64,000 nt of DNA from Azolla caroliniana (Eukaryota > Plantae > Polypodiophyta), in the NCBI GenBank assembly GCA_043228905.1, contig JBHGNT010000015.1, positions 19,282,001 through 19,346,000 on the forward strand, read 5' to 3'. The notes under the pieces were generated by a model. That model was not told the DNA's origin and did no database searches. It worked only from the letters and a program-made list of their open reading frames with translations. The number at the start of each line of letters is the position of its first letter. Positions within the stretch are counted from its first letter, which is position 1. A program made the translations under genes and the position numbers. Shown here piece by piece: positions 13,991 to 25,580 of the stretch.

Positions 13991-14113
13991 TGGTCAAGTC
14001 AAAGGGGACTGACACGTGGCATGTCTGAGGGGGACACGTGGCAAAAGAAAGGCCATGTGGCATGTCCCGGAGGATGGCCACGTGGCATGTCAAAAGAAGG
14101 GCCACGTGGCATG
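13991..14113 (-). promoter_or_regulatory. Proximal upstream region of the LysM-RLK: two overlapping W-boxes plus a G-box/ABRE cluster
   Basis: TTTGACTTGACCA on the minus strand (13991-14003); four CACGTGGC and one CATGTGGC within 14011-14113, 60-180 bp upstream of the ATG. Confidence 0.55.
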
Positions 14114-14250
14114 TGGGCGGGCGGGAGTCCTTCCGGGGGGGGGGGCCAGTTGAAGGCTTCATTCCATGAAGCCATGGACCCGACGAGCCCCTCGCTCCCT
14201 CGGATGATGGCCTACAAACAATTTGATTGACAATGCAGAGCGCAACTTGG

Positions 14251-14696
14251 TAACAATCGGCAACGGTTCGGTTTGAACCGAACCGAACCGCGAAACCGTG
14301 GCTTAACACTTTTAGCGGTTCGGTTCGGTTCGGTTCGGTTTAGGTTTAGGTTTTTTCAAAACAGTTCGGTTCGGTTTTAATAGCCCGAAACCGCGGTTTA
14401 ACAGTTTTTTATTTTATTTTTTTAAATATTAAATTTTGTTTTTAAACAATCTTTTCATTTTTAGACCTTATTCTCACATTTTTTTTAGGAACATCTTTTA
14501 AAAAAAATTAAAATTTTAAAAATGAAATATTATTATAAATTTTAAAAAATTAAAATTTTGACCTATGTTGAAAACCGAAACCGCGGTTTTTACAGTTTTA
14601 TGGTTTAACGGTTTCGTGGTTTGGTTCGGTTTGGTTTAGGTTTCAAAAAAATTTAACGGTTTGGACCCTCTCAAACCGAACCGTTGCCGATTGTTA
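14251..14696. mobile_element. hAT-type MITE (446 bp) with perfect 26-bp TIRs but no TSD
   Basis: TIR TAACAATCGGCAACGGTTCGGTTTGA at both ends; flanks CAACTTGG and AGCATAGG do not match. Confidence 0.88.
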
Positions 14697-14834
14697 AGCA
14701 TAGGCCCTTCTTCTAGATCGACCCTCTCTCTTGTTTGTATGTTATCGATGATCCCAGCAGCACGACCACCCTCCCCCGATCACATCTTGATTGCCCTGAG
14801 ATGTACCAATCCCATACTAGGAATGCCTCGCCAT

Positions 14835-15280
14835 TAACAGTCGCCCAACAGTTTGGTTTGTATCGAACCGAATTGTGAAACCACAACTTAACTGTTTAAT
14901 TGGTTCGGTTCAAGTTCATGCAAGTTTTTCTTAACGGTTCGGTTCGATTTCAATAGTTAAAAACCGTGGTTTAAATGGTTTAACGGTTTTTTTTTAATTA
15001 ATTAATTAAATTTAAAAACCGCGGTTTAACGAGGGTTTTTTTAACAATCTTTTCATTTTCAAGCCTTATTCTCACATTTTAGGAAAATCTTTAAAATTTT
15101 GAAAATTTAAATTTTTTAAATTAAAAATTTGAATTTTGACCAAAACCGAAATTGAACCACGAAACCACGGTTTTAAAGGTTTGAATTGTTTTTAATGGTT
15201 CGGTTCGATTCAAGTTTCAAAAAAATTTAACGGTTCGGTTTTGACACTCTCAAACCGAACCGAACCGTTGCCAATTGTTA
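14835..15280. mobile_element. hAT-type MITE (446 bp), same family as 14251-14696
   Basis: Imperfect TIR TAACA...TGTTA; exact 8-bp TSD CTCGCCAT (14827-14834 and 15281-15288); colinear with the neighbouring copy. Confidence 0.9.
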
Positions 15281-16355
15281 CTCGCCATACACAAGACACT
15301 CTTGTGTTCGTGGAACCTTCGTGTATGCCCACCATCCATGCCGATCGATCCTCAAGATTTCCTGATTTTGTCACATGAATGCTCACTCCGTCATCATCTG
15401 GGGCCTCTCAACTTTGTTTTAGTTGGATTGTGGCATGCTTCCTTGTTGCCACATTATTTTGCTCGATGACTTTGTATCGTAGTCGACGTCGTACTTCGCT
15501 CCACGGATATTTTCTCTCATTGGGTTTAAGAGCTCTTCGGTTTAGCACGCTACCTCTGATCAAATTTTTATCATGTTCATTTTTTTTTCATGATGATATA
15601 GATTGATGATTAGGTTTAATGGTCTCCAAATTTATGATCAATATTTATCTTGATATGGGTATGTTCGAAGTAGCATTGAAACACTTTTGGATTAGACTTT
15701 GTTGGCATTTTGTAGCCTACCATCAATTTAACCTTGTTAATATTACCAAAAAAAAAAGACTCCAAAATGTCCTCAACTTATGATTATTTCCCCAAATTCT
15801 TGCTCATGGGGAACATCATAAAACAAACTTTCGTTGCTTTAGTACATTATTGATTATGGATTTATTAAAAGGTAACAATACCAAAATTCTAAATTTGCAA
15901 GCTATAAAACTAATGTTCTAAAGTTTTTCCTTGACTACATACATCGTAGAGTCTTGTCTCCTAGCTTTTGTTACTACTCAACTAGAAACATTTTGCTCCG
16001 AAGAGATTAACTCTATTACATCAACATAAGTTTTCCATAACATTATTAAAAGGCGTGCCTAACAAACTAAAGACTATATCAATATAATAAAACAATCACC
16101 CATAGCAAGAAGTAACAACAACATAACAGAAACTTATAAGTGAAAATCATCACCCATGTATACAATAACACTTAAAAACGAGTGTCAATCCCTCAATGTA
16201 TGTACTATATGTAAAATACTTGATTGATCCATATTGTCAATGGATACATATCATAATTGGCATTAAATTAAAAGCGAATGTACTTTGTAAGTCAAATCAT
16301 TGGGAAGAATTAAAGCCTTCCAACAAGAAAATATTTAATTAAAAGTTGATCCCCC

Positions 16356-17576
16356 TCAATAAATTGGGATATTGCGCAAAAACGATCTCTTGGGTACTTT
16401 GATAATGAGGACACCGTCGACATCGATTGCCCTTACATCTCCAACACGAACACTGTCCGGCAATTGGAAAGTGCGACGAAAGGCACCACTAGGACGCTCC
16501 TTGGCATGCCACTTGGCTCCATAAGATTGGCTGATTGGAAGATGATTTGGTGGACGAACACCACTTACTTGGAGTACATTCTCACTTAATAATTGCACTG
16601 TCACATCCGTAGTTCTCAAACCTATTTATCAACATGGAAATCCGGATTAATTGAAAATAGTAATGGCAAAAGCATTAACAATGCTAGGACTGACAATATT
16701 GTTGTGAGTGATAATGGCAATATGGTAACATATGAACCCAATAAAGGTAAGAGTTTTATCAATAATACCTTGATCTTTCCATGGTATAGCTTTATCAATA
16801 TTAGTTCAATCGTAGGTTAACAATCCAAAATAACAACTTGAGTAAAAGCTTCAAGCACATGAAGTTGAAACTAAACTATTCCAATGTAATGCATATTTTG
16901 TATCATGAATGTTAAGGACTCATAGTTTATGAAGTTCAAAAGTTATCACAAGACAACTAAAATCTAGGCCTTTCCAAATCAATAGACTTTGGTGGTGTTG
17001 GATAACTACCAACACACATTTGACAAACGTAGGTGATTGTACAAAAAATTGATGCTTATAGGTGGATGGATAAAACTAAATTAAATGTAGGTTAGATGTT
17101 ACAAATTAAATTCAACATCACAATGAGAGTTGAAGGCAAGGATTATATTATACAACAAATAACTCTAAAGGACTATTTAGTTCCCCAACGTATGTAAGCT
17201 TATGTTGTCTCCCCAAATTCCTTTTGTCTAGCCCTTCTTTAGTAAATATGTGCAAAATGAGCAATTATGTGGTCAACTCATCACCTTCTTCTATATTGTA
17301 TGTGTTGTCTAATCAATTATATTGCATGTTGTCTTTTTCATGGGCTTTGACTAGGAATTTGGGATAGTATAAGGAAGAATCAAGGGATTTAATGAAATGA
17401 GGAAAGACCCATGTGTGCTTCAAAGTCTACATATGTATTATATACACACATAGATAGAGAGAGATACCGGGCAAGTTGAACTTAAAAGTGTGAGAATCGT
17501 CATCTTCAAACCAATCAACATCAACATTGCCAATGGTAGCAACGACCCCCGTCTCAATTGGCACGATACGCTCCAT
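16356..17576 (-). CDS. Small heat-shock / alpha-crystallin-domain (HSP20 family) protein, 124 aa, 2 exons
   Basis: Exon 1 17576-17468 (MERIVPIETGVVATIGNVDVDWFEDDDSHTFKFNLP), phase-1 GT-AG intron, exon 2 16621-16356 (LQVSGVR, WHAKERPSGAFRRTFQLP, DGVLIIKVPK, terminal IPI motif). Confidence 0.88.
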
Positions 17577-19653
17577 CCTGTATACCCTCTCTCCCTCTCT
17601 CTAATGAAGGCTTGAAGAAGTTCATACAAAACACAATTTGGCTCTCATCCTTTTATAACACCATATTTATTTTTCAATTCACGTAAAGCATGTTGATACC
17701 AAATCTCTTTCTCACACTATGCCTTGCTTCCATTCCAATCCTTTGTCAAAAATAAAATAGTATTTATTCCAAGGTTCAAGGTTTGCTTTCAACCTCTCTT
17801 TAGAAAAGTGGATAATTGTCTGTTGTGTAAAAGGATACAAAAATATTTCGTTGTTTAATCTTGTTGTAGTAATTAGGAAGCAAGTATAATGCACTAGGTT
17901 GTTCCCATGCGGGTAAATGTTGAACCATTTCCACAAAGTGTTTGTTTAATGTACAAGTGTAGCGGGATGGCACCTATGTATCAAGCTCTTTCTAGAAAAA
18001 TATTGTGGCCAATCTAAAAACATACCAAATGAACAAAGAGTGAAGACAATTCTAGAGAGGCACAAACCACTATAAAAGTATAAGGAGTGGATCAAAACAC
18101 TAATCCACATGTACTAATTTGCTCTTGAACAACCTAACAATACCTGACCACATTTATAAACCACAGAAATACCACATGGATCGTTACAAAACCATTCGAG
18201 TCCCAAAGCACAAGATGAATGCCTTTTATCCATATTGCAAGTCATAGAATTAATATCTAATATATCAGAGCTTCCTCATGAATACAATAATTGCACTCCA
18301 CTGTAAATCATGTCAAATATGATTGACCTCAAACGCATAAGGTTCAAGTACAAAATGATCAATTTTCAAATAAAATAGTTGTTCTCATATCATAGCCCTC
18401 CCTATATATACATCATCACTCCCAAATAAATAACACAAATGATTTTATGAGAGTGTAACAAACCATGTGTACACATTCAATACATTTCCGCACCCTCATT
18501 CATGACCAATATATTAACCTTAAGTGCCCTAGCCTCTTATGTGTTGCAACTTTGATTCACCTTCAATAATTGGGTCCTTGCACTCTTAGGTTTCCATATG
18601 TATTCATGATAATATTGATGAGGAGTTTTATACCTATATGAAATGACTTACTTACAAGAAGGATTAAAATGCCTTGTAAGAATGCAATCCCTATGATTCC
18701 ACATGCTCTAACCATTGGCACCATGGAAAATGGTAGAAGTTTTTATTGGAGCAAATTAATTTCAAGTTTATAATATCATGGGAATAATTTTATAATTTAC
18801 ATATGTTTGAAGTGTCAACGCCAAATGTCATGAAAATGATTCAAATGATTACATATTGAAGTCCACGATCGTGGCCCAACATCACATATTGGGTGGTGGC
18901 ATATATAACTATTGTAAGTTCAATGCTAGGATAATAAAGGGGTTTCTAGGATCAATTCTTAAAAAATGTTGATGCTTTAACAAGGGCTTCAATTTCCATA
19001 TCTAATAATTCATGGTTTTTACAATTCTTCAACAATTCTTCAACATTAATATACACAATCACATGTAAATGCCATAACAAGCACACGACAAGTGAATATT
19101 GGTAGAGGGCAAAATACATTACGATGCGTTAATTAAATTAGGATATTTGATGATGAACTAGTCACTGTCAAATCCTTGTCATCATGGGCCATGGTAGGAA
19201 GAATCACGTTATTTGTCATATATTGTGTGAGATAACCTTGTTTTTTTTTCTAGATGATAGCAAATGGGATTTGCACTACTTGAAGATTAGCCTTGCTTTC
19301 ACTTTTCATATTGAGTTTTTAGAGTTTGTGTGCATTCAGGTATCTCCTTATGATTAAAGAAATTCATAATGTAAAGTTGAATATGCGTGTGTATATAATG
19401 GTCAATAATTTATCGGTAATATTCAAAACAATTTGTTTGAAAAACATCACAATCAACATGATTCGATTGCTTGGGAAAACAACTCCTAAGAATGGTCACA
19501 CGTGCATTTACAAATATGATCAACCAACTTCATCCGATCCAAGTTGTTATGCCTGAAATGTTTAGGAAAACCTAACATATTGAGTAACGCAATCATATGA
19601 AAATATTTCAATGTATGCGAAGTTGTGAAATGTTTTTGAAAAACATTCATTAC

Positions 19654-22590
19654 CTTGGGAGTGAACTTGAGGCCGACAGTAATTTCACCGTGGGGGTTCC
19701 CATTCTTTAGGTGTACCGTATATTTTGTGGGTGCCACGAAACCTTGGGAATACACAGTTTGCAACGGGATCCTACCCCCCTCAAAAGAAACAAATTTGAT
19801 TAGATATATCAATCAAAAATATGTTGTCCGTAGATAGATATTTGTCCGTGATTTCTATCTGTATGTGATTATTCTTAAACATGAGCATTTGGCGGGGTTT
19901 AGAGTCCAAGGTCTAGGGTATAGACACTAGACCGGCGCTTTAAAAATAACTTTGAGCACCATTTTGGGCATTGTATGAACCCAATATATTTTCGAACATT
20001 GCAAACAATGAAACACACAAAAAAAACTGCAAAACCTATAGAATGGACAAAACACCGAAATGCCCCTAGCTTTTTTGGATATTCACCAGAGCATTGCTAG
20101 GCTTCCAAAACTTACTAGAACATTTCGATCAATGTTGTACTACATAAGATTTTGAAAACTTATATAGGCATTCTGATTCGTCTCCGACAAGTTAGGGTAG
20201 GAGTATTTTGATGTTTTTTTCCAAATCACTAGCTAATTTTGATGATTTAATTTCTTTATTTTAAATAGTAACCATGCTTTTCGAATCTCTAAGACCATTT
20301 ATGCCTATATAGATTTGATTTTGTGCATAAATGATGCGCTTCATGCATACGCCGCTAAGACTCTTTCCATTACCAAATGTGTTTTAAAACTGATTGAAAG
20401 CCTTGATACTTACACTGTAGATCCCAAAGGATCGTCTGCTGTAAATCTATCCCGATCAAAGAGTTCTACGGAAAGCACGGGGGCGTCACTATTGATAGTA
20501 AACAAAAATGTTTCATTCCAAACAGGATTGCTACCTGCATCTGGACAAGGTTTAAAAAAATCTTTTACGGTTTCTGTTTAAGATGGCTCTCACACATTTT
20601 TGCTTGATATATGAGATAAATTTGAGTGGATGGATCGTGTGTGCGCGCATTAAAAATGAAAGAGTCTTTATATATAACTTACTTTCTTTTGTCTTGCTTT
20701 TCAATTTTTGTTTATTGCAAATCATGATCGCGTAGGGATCAGATTTATCTGCACAACCCAAAATCATAAGCTAAATGTAGCAGAAGAGGGGTTTCCTTGA
20801 AATGAAAAGAAATTTATTGAATTGGGTTGAGATTGTGTCACCGAAAATATCGGCATCAAGCAGTCCATGGCCTTCCACAAGTTGTACCATTAGAGATCCA
20901 CGGTAAATCTGCTCGAATGCAAAAAAGCAAAAGTAGCTGAATATTTGCTTCATTATACATTACTGCCAATCGAATAGTTCCATTGTAAGCATGCAACGAC
21001 CATAAGAAAACAATAGAGTTTTAAACTTTTCACTGCCAATCTATATCAAGAATTCTAGAAATCAATATAGTTTTAACTTTGCATTGCCAATCTATATCGA
21101 GAATTCTAGAAATCAATATAGTTTTAACTTTGCATTGCCAATCTATATCGAGAATTCTAGAGATCAATATACACCACCACCATCAAACCAATTAGAAAAC
21201 ATGAAAGATTCTTGATCTCCTATACAATAAAACATTAGCCGATTCAACTGAAAGAAAAGGAGAGAAAATTTCGACGCATTCTCTCAACAGTGATACAATG
21301 ATGATGAAGATGATGCCGCATGTTTTGCATTTCTACGCTTAAAACGATAATCAAAAAGGCATAATTTATCACATCTCAAATGCTCAAATGATGTCAATCA
21401 CCTATACAAAACCAACACTTTGACTTGATATAGAACAGGAGTTTTATCAGACATATTTATACATACTCACTCACTCACTCACCTTGGGAAGGAACCGGAG
21501 CTGAAGCTCGACCTGTCCTCCAGTCTTTCCACCCGGTAACTGAACATCATATTTTGTTTTCGGAATGTTACGATGCAAATATAGGCCTTCCAAAGGTATC
21601 CTGAAATGATAACAAGAAACCCCCCCCAAAAAAGACAAGATGTCCATCATCAATTGCAAGTAAGATGTCGTCTCATCCTATTTGTCTTGTGAATGTAAAA
21701 ATCATATCAATTAATGAAGAAATAAAGAGTTGCTTTGATTACACTATCGTTCCGACTTGTTCATTTCCATCTGTCTTTTGCTCATATATGACCACATTAA
21801 GATTAGAAATACCATCAGGATTCTCAAAAGTAAAGAGTTGATTCCATGAGGGGTTACCTCCAGCACCTAAAAGGCCATGGATAAACACATCAGGATAAAA
21901 GGCCATGAACCCAGCCTCTTGATGAAAGACTAACAAAACTGGACAGCTGAAAACAAGAAAGCAACAAAATTCAAAACAAAACTAGTTTGAAAGCAAACTA
22001 ACAAAACTGAAAAATCTGGAAAACAAAACCGAAACTCAAAAAAGACATTGGAAAAACAATAAAACCCTAAAAAAAAAAGTGGAAAAACAATAAAACCCTA
22101 AAAGAAAAGTGGAAAAACAATAAAACCCTAAAAGAAAAAGTGGGAAAAACAAATTTGAAAAGAAGAAGACCTAAACAAAGAAGGTGAAATGAAAGAAACT
22201 AGAAAAAAGACAGAGGGGACATGAAACCAAAAGAAAATTTGAGATATTGTCATACCTTTAACGGTGTGGCTCTGGTGTTTTAAATCTCCACATGAAAAGG
22301 TTGCATAAGCTTCGGATTTACCTTCACACACACAGAAAAAAAAGGGACCTCCTTCAATACACTTGTTTTTCTTTCATTAATCAAGATGTTCTTTCTCCAT
22401 TTTAATTTACAGTACTCTGTTTTCCTCATTATCTGTTTTTCTCCACTGTTTTTCTCTGTCACTAACACACACACACACATATATATGTAAAGAGAGAGAG
22501 AGAGAGGGAGAGATCAAACTTACCAGATGTTTCAAGATTATTCAGATTATGGCCTCCTGAGAGGAACACTTCCACAGTTCCTTGAGGCAT
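19654..22590 (-). CDS. Tandem double-C2-domain protein (elicitor-responsive ERG1/RPP16-like); terminal exon uncertain
   Basis: Exons 22590-22524, 22321-22256, 21866-21743, 21600-21483 (C2A: MPQGTVEV...GGNPSWNQLF...LRFLPK) splice in phase 0 to 20908-20842, 20748-20683, 20540-20414, 19771-19654 (C2B: KSDPYA...NPVWNETF...FDRDRFTADDPLG...LKFTPK). Confidence 0.85.
21034..21170. repeat. 51-bp minisatellite, about 3 copies, intronic
   Basis: tgccaatctatatcRagaattctaga starts at 21034, 21085 and 21136. Confidence 0.85.
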
Positions 22591-22656
22591 TTTTTGTGAT
22601 AGACAGCCTTTTTTCTTCTTCTTTTGCAGATCACAAGGAGAGCAAATAACCCACAA

Positions 22657-22705
22657 AAGAAGAAGAAGAAGAAGAAGAAGAAGAAGAAGAAGAAGAAGAA
22701 GAAGA
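22657..22705. repeat. (GAA)n microsatellite upstream of the C2 gene start codon
   Basis: Perfect GAA run seen directly. Confidence 0.95.
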
Positions 22706-24266
22706 GATATGGAAGAGAACAATCCTTGCTTGGTGTGTAGATGTGTTATGACTTATGAGTATGTGTTTGTTTTCCCTCTCTTCAAATCTGCTTAAAATAT
22801 CAGTCCCCTTTTGACTCATTCAATGACTCAGACTTTGATAAAAGTGAAAAGAAATTTAATGCCCACTACTGTGGTTGACTTTCTGACTCCCCGAAAAGAA
22901 AAAGAAAAAAGTGAGTCGCGTCTTCTTCAATCGAAGACTTTTTACCAAGCAAAAGAAATGCTCGCAAGTCGTCCCACTTGATGAGACGAACAAAAAAGAC
23001 TTATGGAGGAGGGTACCCACCTTTGTCTCTAATATAGCTTGCTAGACGGTCATGGGACGCAACCATCTTATGACTTTAGGTCCCATTCTGACAATTGAAT
23101 TCTCCATATATGTACATACAGAGTTGTTGGGCAAGTGGATGTACGTGTACTATTGAACCCCAGAGTGAACTACATGGCCATGCCTTCGTTGATCCTGTTG
23201 TTTTGCACACGATCCGAATCTTCATTATTAGATACTCTCCCAAGGCAAAGATGGATGCTGACCATTTCTGCTAGAAGTCAATTCTATGTTTAATGCATCT
23301 CGCGAGACGAACTTGGATTAACATTCCTTAGAAATTCATAAAATAAGGGTTTTACACGTAGGGTCAAAACTTATTCATCACAAAGCCTAGGATTGAGATT
23401 CGAGAATGATGCTACTAATAATAAAACTATCTAAGACATATCTTAACCTTTTCAACATACTTCCAAATGAGATGAAGATGTCACATTCATGACTTTTTCT
23501 TAAGTCTTATTTTACATTCTTGCAATTATCCAAGCATCGTTTACCTCCTTTCATTAATGAAAAACATTTTAATATTGTTGGACATTTAATAGATCAAGTC
23601 AATGCATGGATCCTCTTTTGCTCATAAGAAAATGTATTCCCCTTTTAATAAGGCAAATGCAAATGAGAGATGTAATATTCTATTATTTTGAAGAGATTCT
23701 CAAACTATGTCACTAATATGTTATTTTCTCCTTCGTCATAAAACTAGCTAGATTTGTCCACTACAACAATATCAGTTGTTATTGATGTCATAGATACACA
23801 CGCGCATGTGATTGTTGACTGGGACCATCGGGGACATGAATATGGGAAGAAGACACAAACGATCAAGGGTTGCAGGAGATGGCAGTTGTTGTGGCAAGCG
23901 ATTGAACCTTCTCTTCTTGACTTGCATGAACGCACTCGTAGGTGCATGATCAATGTGTTGGAAAATCAATGAGTAATTACATGGGATTGAATTAGCGGAG
24001 TATGTATAGCAGGTTGTGTAATAAAGGGAGACGATGTGTTATATATATATATACAATTATTTTTTCCTCATAAGTGTATGTGTGTGAAGTGTTTAGTGTA
24101 AATGTGAATGAATTTATGAGTAATTGTATAGTTGTATGTGTGTGTGTTTTTATGTGATCATGTGTGCATATGTTAATGGTGTATGTGTGTTTGCTCTAAT
24201 TTTTGTTTTTGCTTTTATTTATTTATAATTATATTTTTGTTAATAATAATATTATTTATATCTTGT

Positions 24267-24291
24267 TGGGGGGGGGGGGGGGGGGGGGGGG
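24267..24291. repeat. Poly-G homopolymer (~25 nt)
   Basis: Uninterrupted G run. Confidence 0.9.
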
Positions 24292-25049
24292 AGGGTATAT
24301 ACTTTATATCTGCTACGAATTCTATTGAAATTCTAAGGCTATTTTGGGAGAGTAAAGTCCCCCCAAGGTATTTGAATAACTCATATTAGGCTTTGAACCT
24401 CTAAGTTGTAGCGACAATTGTGTTGAAGCAATTGTTTCACACTATGAAAACAAATTCATGTATAAGACTCAACCCCATAACCTCACACGCCAACCACCAA
24501 GCATGAACCATTAAGATAAGTAATCTTTAAGCCTATATTTCCACCTAGTAAATGTGGTTATGTCTTATGCAGTATTGCAGATACGCTAAATCAGATGAGC
24601 AACATGGCTATCATGCATCACATGTTAGCACATGTGCGCTAAGTGGTGATCATACATCACATGCATACCACACACATGCACTCTTATTTGAACACATATT
24701 TAAGCAAAAGGAATTGAGGCATCTTGGCATAAAGGAAAATACATTTCTTTAATCATTAACAAATCAGGTTAGCTCATCAAGAAAGGGGTTTCCATCTCTC
24801 AAGTTTGAAGTTTAGGGTTCATACCTAAATTTGCCAAAGATAAGGTGTCATCCTTACATTGGAATATTGTAACGTTGGTAAATAAAATATTGTGTTCCCA
24901 ATTTAGCATAACATATTTTTATCATACATTGTTTCAGTTCTACTTCTTTAATCCTACATTATCTCCATCTCTTGTCAGTGCTTGTCTCTCTCCCTTTCTT
25001 TTACAAACTTTCCTCATTCATAGCCCTAGTGTTTGACGCATTGATCACA

Positions 25050-25580
25050 AAGTATACAACAAAGTGAGGGATGTGAACAAATAACAATATGAAGAGCTTT
25101 TCATTGGTGGATGGTTGCTTTGTTAATTGATTACAAGGTGGGCAGCTCAATTAACTAGAAGCAACAATATAATTTGATGAGACAAACAATTCATTTTGTA
25201 ATGCATTACAAAGTTCTCAATCACTTGACAGTGCCCACTCAAAAAAAGATAAGGCATCTTGCAATGACCTTACCGATTGTTGTCTACATCTAGAATGTTG
25301 AATCTTGAGAGGAATGCATCAATTGAGCAATGACCACCACAATGCTTGAATCTTTGTTTTCCCATGCCCCAATCCCTCATGCTCAATAAAATATTGCATC
25401 ATAGATATCCATGGTTGATTTTGTTGACACATAACTCGTAATAATGAAAATCTATGAGTCATCAAATGCATTTCCAAATCCAATATTGTTGCACAACCTA
25501 CCCACTTGGGAGTAGCCAAATGATCCCATGAAATGCATGCAACTCCCATCATTTCTCACTTCTGCCACAACATGAACTGA
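25050..25580 (-). mobile_element. L1-type LINE relic
   Basis: ISWDHLATPKWVGCATILDL resembles the L1 ORF2 motif W..(L/C).PK..GGLGI.DL. Confidence 0.55.

Noticed and set aside
13932-14309. N-terminal extension of the 368-aa ORF
   Set aside because: It starts inside a MITE and crosses the G-box cluster; the signal-peptide-bearing start is most plausibly MKKFALL at 13931.
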